This document shows positions 51,976-64,000 of a stretch of 64,000 nucleotides of DNA, piece by piece. The stretch is from Octopus bimaculoides. Taxonomy: Eukaryota. The notes below the pieces were generated by a model that saw only the letters and a program-made list of their open reading frames with translations, was not told the origin of the DNA and ran no database searches. Each line of letters opens with the position of its first letter. Positions within the stretch are counted from its first letter, which is position 1. The DNA lies in the NCBI RefSeq assembly GCF_001194135.2, contig NC_068990.1, positions 87,366,487-87,430,486 of the forward strand, read 5' to 3'. The position numbers were made by a program, and so were the translations under genes.

Positions 51976-52400
51976 GCGGGTGAGCTGGCAGAAACGTTAG
52001 CACGCCGGGCGATACACTTAGCGGTATTTCGTCTGCCGTTACGTTCTGAGTTCAAATTCCGCCGAGGTCGACTTTGCCTTTCATCCTTTCGGGGTCGATA
52101 AATTAAGTACCATTTACGCACTGGGGTCGATGTAATCGACTTAATCCCTTTGTCTGTCCTTGTTTGTCCCCTCTATGTTTAGCCCCTTGTGGGCAATAAT
52201 GAAATAAGAAACGTTAACACGCCGGGCGAAATGCTTAGAGGTATTGTATCTGTCATTACGTTCTGAGTTCAAATTCTGCCGAGATCGACTTTCATCCTTT
52301 CAGGGTCGATAAATTAAATACCAGTTGCGTACTGGAGTCGATCTAATCGACTGGCCCCTCCCCCCAAATTTCGGTCCTTGTGCTTCGAGTAGAAAAAAAG
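51976..52400 (+). mobile_element. Dimeric SINE family A with a 12-bp TSD, inserted in an older antisense SINE
   Basis: ggtcgtaactaa at 51964-51975 and 52401-52412. The internal junction is at 52207/52208. Confidence 0.92.
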
Positions 52401-52979
52401 GGTCGTAACTAAAAGTAACAGAAAGTAAAGGTCGTACCTAAATACCGTATAAGCATTTTCCCCATGAAATGTAATTTATTTTTACAAGACTCTCAGCTCA
52501 AAACTGGTCCAGTCTATCTAAGTGTAAATAGGCACCATTTCAAAAATCCTCCAGTCCATCAAACTATAAATTTGTACTAGTTCAAAAATGGTTGAGTCCA
52601 TTTAACTGTAAATAGGTACCAGCCCTTAGCTATAAAAGTGACAGTGCCGTATAATTGACAGGCGTTTTAGCATTTTAATCGTGTATTGGTGGTATAATAC
52701 AGTACACACAGTAATGTGTTATATTATTGTGGTATAAATTCACCAATGATGTAATTGGTTGGGTATTAGACAATCGGTCTTAGTACTGAAGAATTGCATT
52801 GTTATAATTCCATAGACAAATGCACAGATATGCTTAATACATTAAATAGGTTTAAGATATATCCTACGAGACAAACTAGTTGCATACTCCTACTGCATGT
52901 ATCGCCTTTCATCCCCTTACCTCCCAGACCCTTTTCACCCAAAACCGCAACACGGCCTTTTACAGATGTTAAAACTGAA

Positions 52980-53430
52980 CATGCAACACAAAGTTGATCT
53001 CTCTACAAAGGTCAAGGATGCTCCCCCTCCATCACACTTTCCTGACAAACTTATAAAACAAAGTTTCGCCATGAATTGTCCAAATCTTCTATGAAAAATT
53101 CCAGATTAATTAGCTTAGCATCTGCCTTGCATAATATACTGGAGTCTATGAAGAGAAATGTGCTTGTTATCTACATGCACAACAGCGACCTATTTGCGAA
53201 AAAACCAGCGAAGCTGAAGTTGTCTGATAGACACTAAACATACGTATTTGATATTTACTGATTGTAAAAAAAAAAAAAAAAAAAACCCAAAAAAACAACG
53301 ATTATCGTGGTTCCTCGTTAGAAACATTTTATCAAAGCTTTGGAACTCAGGAGTTGAAGTTTACATAATAAAGTGGCTCAATAACTTCCTAGTGGTAGTC
53401 AAAAGGTTTGCGTTGACTGTATACATTGAT
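52980..53430 (+). mobile_element. Degenerate LINE (CR1/L2-like) RT fragment
   Basis: LISLASALHNILESM, YLIFTDCKK, NILSKLWNSGV..YIIKWLNNFL resemble ISLTS..CKIME / FxDxxKAFD / KL...G...WIxNFL. Confidence 0.5.
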
Positions 53431-53951
53431 CATAAACAAAAATAAAGAACTGCATCATACGTGGTTCTATGTTAAACTTAATCATGTTTGCTGCATTCTT
53501 AAATATCATTTTGCAAGGTCTTTGCTAATGACGTCAGGATTATAAGCACAAGTAATGAGATTGCCAGAGATTTTGAATAAAATACATTCTTAATAATATT
53601 TAAACGTGAGAAAATGTGTCGGTAATAATTATCTAAGGAATATAAGAAAATATAATTGCTAGATTTAAGTGATCTAAGCTATTTTGTATAAAATTATGGG
53701 ATATATTGTTAAAGATAATGAAGAAGAGAAAATTCATGGTGTAATTACATACACGTGCACTCCAGTTGCTAACAGCTAACTACTTTCTTGGAATATAAAT
53801 TAACTTAGCAGCGAATGTCTAAAATATTTTCCCAATATATTTTATAATTTCATGGATATTAAATCATTGCGATGGATCACTCAACACTGAGGATTGGGGA
53901 TTTTTCTAAAACAAAAAAGCAATGAGCAAAGAAACATCCAGATTGATGGTA

Positions 53952-54625
53952 ATATTCGATTGGACCAGGGCGGCGAGCTGGCAGAATCGTTAGGACGCCG
54001 GGCGAAATGCTTAGTGATATTTCGTCTGCTGTTACGTTCTGAGTTCAAATTCCGCTGAGGTCGACTTTGCCTTTCATCCTTTCGGGATCGATTAAATAAG
54101 TACGAGTTACGCACTGGAATCGCTCTGTGTTTAACCCACCTTTGGGCAATAAAGAAATAAAGAAATAAAGAAATATTTGATTGAACCAGGGCAGCGAGCT
54201 AGCAGAATCGTTAGGACGCCGGGCGAAATGCTTAGTGATATTTTGTCTCTCCTTACGTTCTGAGTTCAAATTCCACTGAGGTCGACTTTGCCTTTCATCC
54301 TTTCGGGATCGATTAAATAAGTACGAGTTACGCACTGGAATCGCTCTGTGTTTAACCCACCTTTGGGCAATAAAGAAATAAAGAAATATTTGATTGAACC
54401 AGGGCAGCGAGAGAGCAGAACCTTTTGCACGCAGAGAAAAATGCTTTGCGGCATTTCGTCCGTCTTTATGTTCTAGGTTCAAATTCCGCCGAGGTCGACT
54501 TTACCTTTCATCCTCCCGGGATCGATAAAATAAGTACCTGCTGAGCAGTGGGGTTGATGTAATCGACTTAGCCTCCTCCTCCGAAATTGCTGGCTTTGTG
54601 CCAAAATTTAAAACGAATATTTGAT
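53952..54625 (+). mobile_element. Three head-to-tail SINE A units (local tandem amplification)
   Basis: Each unit begins atatt(c/t)gatt(g)(g/a)accaggg. Units 1 and 2 share an unusual tail, ggaatcgctctgtgtttaacccacc. Confidence 0.9.
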
Positions 54626-57214
54626 CAAGTCGCTGCTCATCACACTTTTCTGTCTGTCTCTTTCTTTCCTTCTCTCTCTCTCCCTCTCTCTCGCTCTCTC
54701 TCAGGCACATAGGCATTTACACATACACACGCATATACTCACACACGTATATACACATACATATACCTACACACGTATATACGCATACATATACCTACAC
54801 AACGTACGCAAAAGAACCTTTACACAATCACAGAGAAAAGCAGCAAAATCTCTTTCACGCTTCACGCCAACATGCTGAAAAATGGCTAATTATAATCGAC
54901 TTGTTGATACACTATGCCAGAAAAGAACACGATGTGGTTGGCCACGGAAGGAACGGAGATTGAAAGATGAAAATAACTCCACCTGTTTGCAGCACCATGT
55001 GGTGGGTGCTCCGGTTGTTACTAAGCAACCACACAGACACACATCAGCACAAATAGGCGGAGAGTGAGGCATGATGAACTCTGTTAGGAGTTTTTCCCGC
55101 TGATCTAGAATCTAGAAGCTAAGATTTTCACTCTATGAATCAAAGCCTTAAGGCAGAGAAATACACTTTAGAAAAATCGATATATTTTAAACATCGATTT
55201 TCAACAAGACGAATTTTTGGATAAAAAATTTATTGATCAACTCTATTATTTGATTGGTAGTTATTTTAATGACTTCCGGGAGAACGGAATGCAAGATGGA
55301 CATCGGCACGATTTCGCTTTAGTAGACAAAGGGTCGTAACTAAGTACTCCAATACATTTAATCCGCCACTTTGCTAATTTTATCATTCACCGTCCTTTTT
55401 ATAGCGATAACAAATTCTTACATTGTAGGCATGGAGGAGGAGAAAGAGAGGAAGGAGGAGTGTAGTTATTAAATATCAGCCTCCAGTACTTCGCTGGTTC
55501 TTATTTTATCGACCACTGAAGAATGAATGTCGAAGTTAAGATTTGTTTCCGACGGAAGACATTTTAACCAGCGCTCTACCAATTTCACCGAAACATCGTC
55601 CTTAATTTCTAGCGTAGACCCACAGGATAATGACTGTTAATTATATCGATCCTAGTGTACTTGGTTTTATCGACCCCTGGGGAGGTTGAAGAGCAGAGCC
55701 GATCTCAGTTGATTTATATTTAGAATTAAAAGAGACACATGGACGAATAAATGCTATTCTATTATTGGCTGGTAAAATTATCTAAAAACCTGAATTCATA
55801 GAAAGATATCCATCACGAATACGTTGCTATTCACGCGACATATTTTATATGAAACGGCGATCGGTACTTTTTGATTATCTCACCCCCATTAAAAAATTGC
55901 CATTAAAAAATTGGGTTATCTCCCCACTAGAAAATTGAGTTTATGTAGCAACAAGAGATTGGATTAAAAGAGTTAGATCATTTTGACTCAATACTTCAAA
56001 ACATTGTTGACGTTTGGCTTCGTCAATAGGAATGGTAGGATTTGTTATAAAAATGTTATCAGATTCAGTAAGATGTTTTATCTTTCCACTTTTCATGTTT
56101 ATTAATTTTTTCATTTTGTTTTTTTTTGTTTTGTTTTATTGAGGGTTAAACAATTTTTTTAGTTGAGGGAGATGACCAAAATTAACGATATTTCTCGTAA
56201 AACGGGGAAGATAACCCAACTTTTGAATGGGGATGAGATAACCAAAAGGAACCCGGCGATCTTTCACCAATTGGATCGACAACATTTCGAATTGTTTGTT
56301 CTCGTTGATATTGTATCATTAATCGAACAGGTCTCGGTTCAAACACGTTAAAGTCAAGACCATGCCATCTGCTTTTTTTCTCAGCCATAATGCATGAGTA
56401 ACGCCCTTTCCTTTTTAAAAAGGTCAGGTGTAATTTGAGGGCGATTTAGTTGCTATTTCTTGCAAATCAAGCAACCACTTGAAGGTTCTTGTTGGCTGCT
56501 GTTGTTGGCGCTTATATCGATGGTGTCGGTGGCATTCGTGTTTGGCGGTGATGGTGGTGGCAGGGATGAGAACAGTGGTGATAGTGTCGTTGCTGTTGCT
56601 GTTGTTGTGGTTGCTGTTGGTAACTGTGATCTTAGAAATGCTGTTGGTGAGGGTGACAGCAGTTGTGGCGATGGTGGTGTCGGTGGCACCGATAATGCTG
56701 GCGGTCATTGTGGTGATGCATGTGGCGTTGTTGGTGGAGTCATCTGACCTTGTAGAGGCGTTGGTGGCGATGGTGTTGGTGGTGGGGATAGTGCGGGTAA
56801 TGGTGTGGGTAGAGGTGACGGTGGTGGTGGTGGTGGTGGTGATAGTGATGGCTTTGGTAGTGGTGACNNNNNNNNNNNNNNNNNNNNNNNNNNNNNNNNN
56901 NNNNNNNNNNNNNNNNNNNNNNNNNNNNNNNNNNNNNNNNNNNNNNNNNNNNNNNNNNNNNNNNNNNNNNNNNNNNNNNNNNNNNNNNNNNNNNNNNNNN
57001 NNNNNNNNNNNNNNNNNNNNNNNNNNNNNNNNNNNNNNNNNNNNNNNNNNNNNNNNNNNNNNNNNNNNNNNNNNNNNNNNNNNNNNNGGTGGTACCAGTG
57101 TTAGTGTTGGTGGTGTTGATGGTGGTGATAAAAAAACGATGTTTATAAATAACTATTCACGTGAGTCATGTATTGCAAATAATGGCTAACAGCCATAGCA
57201 ACAACGACAACATC

Positions 57215-57246
<32 letters not shown>

Positions 57247-57669
57247 GGCCAACGACAGCAAAAGACGACGAGAAGAACAGTTCAATTAAGGAAGACGGAA
57301 GGGACAGGGGGAAAGAAACAAAAAAAAAACAAAAAACAAAAAAAAAAGAAGTAGGTAAGCCATGATGACTGCAGCATGCTGGGAAAAATACAGTTTAATT
57401 AAAGTGGGATATTAAGTTATAAAACATTTACTAAATGAAAGAAACAGGTGGAGGGATGGAGGAGGAGGGAGGACAAAAATTGGGTAAAGTTAAATTAGTG
57501 GCAAGAGAGTAGTGGGAGCGAGGGGTGGGGTGAGAGCAAACTGATGAAGCAGCAGCAGTAGCAGTAGCATTAGTAGTGACAAATCTCGTGGTAACTGTAA
57601 CATAGTAATGTTTGTTGTTGCTATCGCCTTTTTTTTTGCTATTGTAATTACTGCTGTGTCTAATGTTGC

Positions 57670-57670
57670 C

Positions 57671-57735
<65 letters not shown>
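57670..57735. repeat. (TAG)n microsatellite
   Basis: Direct reading. Confidence 0.95.
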
Positions 57736-58384
57736 TGTTGGTGGTGGTGGTGTTGTTTTTATTATTCATGTTTTTGTTGTTGTTCTCACATCCCCTCTCC
57801 ACCCCACCAAGCCAGTATAAAAACTGCCTGTCACTTGCCCGGGATCAACGTGTTTCATTGTGAAAAATTCCGTCGCCGTGAGTAGTCCTCCAGCATTTTT
57901 CTTACATTTTCATTTACTATCTTTCCAAACGCCTTTTCTCTCGATAACCTGTCATTTATACCATTCTTACTCGCTTACTATTGTTCTAATTCTTCATGTT
58001 ATTGTTGTTGTTGTTGTTACTGCGGTCGCTATTGCTCTTTGTCTCTATTATAATTTCATTCACCCCTAGCTTTGCACCATCAGAATATAAACTGAACCCA
58101 GTATTTTTATACTTATATATTTATGTAATATCACAAATAATGAACAATAGCGTCGTTCATTATAGTGTCCACGCCCAGTCACTGGCTCACTGCATTTCTG
58201 ACGAAGTCAATGACAGGAGAGTGTCTGTAACTTGATTCGGAATTAACAGCTCAAGGGACTTCGTTTGAAAAACACGATTAACACGATTTTCTAGGTTTAT
58301 TTATATCCAAACGAATATTTGCATATTTTCTAGGTTTATTTATAACCAAACGAATATTTGCATATTTGATTTCCTATTTATATT

Positions 58385-58530
58385 TTTTGCCGAAATACAC
58401 ACACGTTCCACTCACAAGGTCTAAAACTATGCCAGAAGACTCTTGCTCAAGGCGCCGTGCGGCGCGATTGAACCTAGATGCAACTGACTGGGAAGCGAAG
58501 CGTACTTCTCAGTTACACACAACCATGTTT
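58385..58530 (-). mobile_element. Old SINE family D-like fragment
   Basis: ccactcacaagg...gaagactcttgctcaagg...gattgaacc. Confidence 0.55.
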
Positions 58531-58759
58531 TTGTTTTACTGGGCCCCAAAAGAATGACAATGTTGATCAGAGGTCGATTTGAACTTAGAACAATGATGAT
58601 GATGATGAGGATGATGATGAAGATGATGATGATGACGACGACGACGACGACGATGATGATGATGTTAATTATGTTGATGATGTTGATGATGATATGGTCA
58701 CTATTGCATCACTCTAACTTGCTCAACTGCTCTGTTTCACCTATAATAATAATAATAAT

Positions 58760-59240
58760 AATGATAATTAATGCCCTGATGTAGTACCAGGCATTGGCTC
58801 GCATGACTACTGATCTTAACTGACTGGAAGTGTTATCATGTACATTGTTTTGTCTTGATATAAAGGATGGAATATAGCAAATATTCTGCTCAATACCACA
58901 GATTTGCTTGTCAGTTGTTTGACCTTAACCAGTTGAGCATGTCCCTTGGTGGCTGATGATATGTGCATCTCTGAGGAATTCTTTGAGGTTTAAATAATTC
59001 ACCTCTGGAAACATGGCTGTTTCATTCAACCTTATTGAAGGACCTTTTGAGCAGGATGAGCTACTCAACCCGAAGAAAGTTCTAATTGGGCCCTACCTGC
59101 AAGGTCCACTTCTGTTTATATTGTTATGAGATCGCAGTGTCGTGCACAGATGGCTGTGATGCATGTGCTTAGAGTACACTTATAAGACGGGTAGTCATGG
59201 TGAGTATTTTGTGTCACTTTGATGGCATGCGCTGCTCTTG
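58760..59240 (+). mobile_element. Family E repeat preceded by an (AAT)n array
   Basis: (aat)n-gccctgatgtagtaccagg...gtcactttgatggcatgcgctgctc. Homologous to 7203-7545. Confidence 0.65.
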
Positions 59241-59244
59241 TAGG

Positions 59245-59420
59245 AGGAGATTAAGTCAGTCACATCGACACCAGTCCTCAACTGGTACTTAATTTATCGA
59301 TCCCCGAAAGGATCAAAGGCAAAGTCTACCTCGGCGGAATTTGAACTCGGAACTTAGCGACGGGCGAAATACAGCTAAATATTTTGCCCGGCGTGCTAAC
59401 GACCCTGCCAGCCAGCCGCC
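59245..59420 (-). mobile_element. SINE family A
   Basis: aaaggcaaagtctacctcggcggaatttgaactc...ctgccagccagccgcc. Confidence 0.85.
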
Positions 59421-59934
59421 TTCAATAATAATAATAATAATAATAACAATAATAATAATGATGATGATGATGATGATGATAATTCCTTTTATAATTATCC
59501 AACCTCCAAGTAGGATAAATGCATACAAAGGAGAAACGATAAAGAATTGTTAGAGATTCTGTGAAGTAACTAATTTGATATAAAGAAATAATTTGATATA
59601 AAATTTCATGTAATAATGAGATTTCAATCCAAGATCTGAATTTCAATTTGAACATTTTCATATTTGTGGTTTCACGTGGATTAATCCGGAAAGGTTTAAT
59701 TTAATAAATGAAATAACAGAATAATCATATATACGTTTTTAAAATGTGATAGACGGAGTATAATAAAGCTTACAGTGACCCATAGGACGAGCGAAACAGA
59801 CAATTATTGTATGTTTGGGCTTTATAAAATTTACGAAACGGAAAAAGAAGCTGGTTTGTTTGTTTGTTCGTTCGTTTGTGTGTGTGTGTGTGTGTGTGTA
59901 GTAATATGATAGCGGACGAAATAGGATTCCCCGG

Positions 59935-60175
59935 TGTTCATGCTTTGGCCTAGTGGTAAGGATGCTGCACGCATAATTGCGCGATCGTGCTTTCGATTCC
60001 CGGACTAGGTGATGCGTTGTGTTCTTGAGGAAAGCACTTCATTTCCCATCGTTTCAGTTTACACTGCAATAAAAATAAGCAACCCTGCGACCGACTGGCG
60101 TCCCGTTCAAGGGGAGGGTGTTGTGATCTCGGTGATGTCGGTTACTTATACGCCATGGAAACCAGGCAACTGGTT
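59935..60175 (+). mobile_element. SINE family F
   Basis: tggcctagtggtaagg...ttcgattcccgg...gtgttcttgaggaaagcacttcatttc. Confidence 0.65.
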
Positions 60176-61156
60176 GTAGGACTCGAGGCAGTAATATCCA
60201 GGGGTTTCTTTTTTATGCTTTTACCATCTAAACGTAAGGTTAGCAGTGTAAGTGAAATGAAATCATCTTATGATAATCTTATAATGAGGTCAACCAGGAT
60301 GCAACTCTATTCCACAAGGACGTTACATCTTATTCTTAGGTGATGGTCACTTGCCTAAACGGTCAGATCTTTTCTTTTGTAGGTTTCACACAAATCCATT
60401 GCTGACACTGTCACAGATTTAGTTGACGTATGCAAAATCAGGAAAAGTCAAGTTGACCTCCACAGGATTCGAACGCAGAATAATGAGTGACAAAACTAAG
60501 TACCTTAAAGTGAATTTAATGAAATTAGCCACGGGCTAAATAGGAAGCTACTAAGTGGTTGTGCAACCTTCTAGAAATAGCACCCAAGTCTCTCTTACGT
60601 CGTGCTCTACCGTCTTAGAAAAGAACGAATATTTAGACTAACTTTTCTTCTTTGAGATACTGAACTTGAAAAAAATGGTTAAAGTAGGAATGCCTTCGAT
60701 CATAGGTCTGTAAGACCGGTCTTAGTCTGGAGTTGTGCAACAATAACAACAATACCATCACCAACAGCAGCAACATTGATAATGATGAGGGTATGAGCCA
60801 AGGGATACAGCAGTAGATTATGTAACTGACTGAAAGCCTAGATTTGGGATGTGAAGAAAATAAGGTTTATCTCGGAAAACTGAAAGGTTGATAAAGACCA
60901 TGACAAGCTAATGAGCTGACCCAAAGTAGAAGTGAGATAGTGGTGGTATAGTTGTTGCTGTTGCTTAGCTTATGGTAAGTGACACTATTGTGTCTTTGAT
61001 TCAGGCATAATGTACCAAGGACTACGTTATACAATGCGCCTCCTGTTTATTATTTTTTTTTACATAAAAACGGTAGAATGTGATTTATGAGAGATTTGAA
61101 TGCGGAGCTGAAAGAAAATGAGCTGATTCCGACGGGAAACGCAGAGAAGTAAGTTG

Positions 61157-61199
<43 letters not shown>

Positions 61200-61580
61200 N
61201 NNNNNNNNNNNNNNNNNNNNNNNNNNNNNNNNNNNNNNNNNNNNNNNNNNNNNNNNNNNNNNNNNNNNNNNNNNNNNNNNNNNNNNNNNNNNNNNNNNNN
61301 NNNNNNNNNNNNNNNNNNNNNNNNNNNNNNNNNNNNNNNNNNNNNNNNNNNNNNNNNNNNNNNNNNNNNNNNNNNNNNNNNNNNNNNNNNNNNNNNNNNN
61401 NNNNNNNNNNNNNNNNNNNNNNNNNNNNNNNNNNNNNNNNNNNNNNNNNNNNNNNNNNNNNNNNNNNNNNNNNNNNNNNNNNNNNNNNNNNNNNNNNNNN
61501 NNNNNNNNNNNNNNNNNNNNNNNNNNNNNNNNNNNNNNNNNNNNNNNNNNNNNNNNNNNNNNNNNNNNNNNNNNNNNNNN

Positions 61581-61651
<71 letters not shown>

Positions 61652-61867
61652 TGTCGTAAGAATTTAGAAACTTCAAGAGAGCGTGAAATAATTCATATTT
61701 ATCTGTAGAACTCGAAGTAGATGAAGTTATAAATAATACTTTGTAAAACGATACATATATCTATACAAACACAGATCAAATTGCTTTCCTGTTTAGCTTT
61801 GTGTACTTATACAGGACTCTGAATAAAGAACTCACTACTGACTGCAGAGTAAAAATATATGATCAGT

Positions 61868-61950
61868 AGTGGATTTAGAGCTCAGAACGTAGAGACGGAC
61901 GAAATGCCATTTGGTATTTTGCGTGCCAACGATTTTGCCAGCGCGCCGCC
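61868..61950 (-). mobile_element. SINE family A head fragment
   Basis: gagctcagaacgtagagacggacgaaatgcc...tgccagcgcgccgcc. Confidence 0.7.
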
Positions 61951-61992
61951 TTAGGATAAATGAATATTAAACCTACTATAAAAAACTTTATT

Positions 61993-62345
61993 TTTGTTGT
62001 TCACAATCATTCAACCAATATTTTGTTTCCTATAATCAGGCGATTTCTATTAGATGGAATCGGAAAATACATTGATATACAACCTGAATATAATGCTATT
62101 GTAAATATTCCTGTTAATCTTGCATGCATTTACTGAGTAATAAATCATTTCTACAATTTCGTGAATCCAATAAGAGGAGTAAATACGAACTACGTGGAGC
62201 GTTAGTGGGAAAATTGAAAGCGCTGGTTTAAACGAATGAGTGGGACAAACAGTGAAATGCTGGCTCCTCTCTTATAAGAATTTATGTGGAAGGAAATAAA
62301 GGCAGATCTAGTTCAGACAATATTGAAACATATATCAGTGGTTTT
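61993..62345 (+). mobile_element. Merlin (IS1016/ISXO2-like) transposase C-terminal remnant
   Basis: FVVHNHSTNILFPIIRRFLLDGIGKYIDIQPEYNAI, then NHFYNFVNPIRGVNTNYVER*WEN*KRWFKRMSGTNSEMLAPLL*EFMWKE. Confidence 0.75.
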
Positions 62346-63118
62346 CTTTGTAACAAATCCCTGATATGATGGCAATGATTACGACCATAGCGCAATCAAT
62401 ACAATCACAGTGTTATGGAAAGACGCGTTATCATATTAGGGCTATAGTCCGCAGCTGAAACATTTACACCATAAGGCACGATTACCTTTGCCATGCTGTT
62501 GTCCGGGTATGATACATTGTATGTTAATCTAAATGACTTGCAGTGCTTTATTTTTCATTATAATTCAGTTTGTTTACATATTACAGGAATTTGTGTAGCA
62601 TGAATACTCGTTCCTTGTTCACTCCCGTTGATTTTGTGCTTGAAAATGTATTCTTGGTGTATTTTGACAAATAATTGTATTAAATTACATTAATCGCTTG
62701 ACGTCTAACGAAGCTAATGGCAGGGTTGTTAGATCGGCGAATAAAAGACCTTGAAGTATTTATTCCGACTCATTGCTCTCTGAGTTCAAATACCACTGAA
62801 TTCAGCTTTTATTTTTATCTGTTCGTGATAAGAAAGTCACAGTAGATGCTTTTTGGTATTTGTTCTGGTTCTTGGTATTCTGATTTCAAATCTTACCATG
62901 GTCTATTTGGATATATAAAGCTCTACGAGCTGCCTTCGTAGACGTGCAGTTTGAGCAGTCATCAACCAGAAAATTAAATAAGAGAAAATATGAGTTTATC
63001 CAAATAGTAGATGCATTCTCTACAATAAAGTCACGTGGTGCAAAAATTCGGTGAAACCTCGCGGGATTCAAATCCATCATCATTATTTTTCTTTATCAAC
63101 CTTGCTGTTACTGAGTGT

Positions 63119-63119
<1 letters not shown>

Positions 63120-63212
<93 letters not shown>
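63120..63212. repeat. (AAT)n followed by (GT)n
   Basis: Direct reading. Confidence 0.95.
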
Positions 63213-63214
<2 letters not shown>

Positions 63215-63239
63215 CGCCGTTTAATATTCATAAATAGCG

Positions 63240-63380
63240 TTGAGTTGGTGCATAATTATTGCGGCTTCCTTTCAACAAATTTTATTCAACAAAAGCAATA
63301 ACGATATTTAACAAAAACATCTTTAAATGATGGTCTGAACGTCTGCCAAGCAAATGGGTAGCAGTAATTGAAGTAGATGG
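63240..63380 (+). mobile_element. Mariner deletion derivative (TIR-like end fused to transposase C-terminus)
   Basis: ttgagttggtgcataattattgcgg resembles the Hsmar1/MADE1 TIR. Followed by ERLPSKWVAVIEVDG (cf. LPERWQKVIExNGxY). Confidence 0.6.
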
Positions 63381-64000
63381 TTCACTCCTACTGCATAGCA
63401 ACTCCAGTCCGAAAGGACTTTCCATTTTCTTTCATTTCCAATTGCGAAGTTGTTATAAGACATTCAAATTGGTTTTTTCAAATTACAACTCATATATATA
63501 AAGATGTTTTTGGCATAACCTATCACAAGGAGATGTTTATTAGTCAACTAAAAAGAATTATACGGCACAAATTATATCTCAACAGACGACATCATGTCAA
63601 CAACATAATCTTCTTAAATATTGCTTTCACGAATATTCCAAGTTGTACGATAAAGAGGAAACCTAAAAATATCAAAATAAAAATTTAAACGGGTATATAA
63701 TACGAAAATTTCTTTCTGCGTTCTCTTCTGTTCCAGTAATTTTCTCTTTACAATTGACAAATTCAATAAGCGCTGACTCATTCCTTAATTTATCCCTTTC
63801 TGCAGATTAACAGAACGTTCTAGATTTAATGTTCTTTCAGCATGTATCAAGCTGTGCTTATGAATCGATTAGTTTCCTTCCATACGTCAACCTCCTCTGA
63901 GCATTCATTTCGGTTTCTACTAATTCTGTCCAAGAAGATTTACGATCTTGTTAGCTTCATTTGTTGCTTCTTATGATAAGTTTTATGCATGATGTATGTA

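Noticed and set aside
56424-57189. Val-rich, Thr-rich and Gly-rich ORFs (and similar ORFs at 28440-28829 and 57431-57820)
   Set aside because: They are products of degenerate triplet low-complexity DNA and N gaps.
58285-58366. 39-bp direct tandem duplication
   Set aside because: It is an ordinary local slippage duplication.
63390-64000. Possible Penelope-like RT remnant on the minus strand (CL.TT...GVAM)
   Set aside because: Only one short motif is recognisable, which is insufficient without a profile search.
1-64000. CRISPR array or prokaryotic-type operon
   Set aside because: There is no repeat-unique spacer structure and no dense ORFs. The sequence is eukaryotic repeat-rich DNA.

Overview
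AT-rich eukaryotic non-coding DNA, about 64 kb, with 15 N-gaps that mostly abut microsatellites. I could not support any intact host protein-coding exon, rRNA, tRNA gene or CRISPR array. Most ORF-track entries are microsatellite or gap artefacts. The SINE families resemble those I know from octopus, so a cephalopod origin is inferred, not verified. The window is a transposon graveyard. It holds several tRNA-derived SINE families, the commonest with about 20 copies or fragments. LINE remnants come from the R4/Dong-like (restriction-like endonuclease, RLE), RTE/BovB-like and CR1-like groups. It also holds a Penelope-like GIY-YIG fragment and DNA transposon remnants of mariner, hAT-Charlie/Buster and Merlin type, plus a Tc1/mariner MITE. 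The most interesting observations are: (1) hammerhead-ribozyme-like cores associated with fold-back or TA-array-linked elements; (2) a dimeric SINE with a recurrent junction and a single TSD around the whole dimer; (3) a chain of RLE-LINE tails stacked in triplet microsatellites, with a possible non-autonomous partner; (4) a LINE tail with three C2H2 fingers; (5) a perfect 142-bp-arm inverted repeat. All family assignments are by-eye translation or motif recognition; no database search was run.
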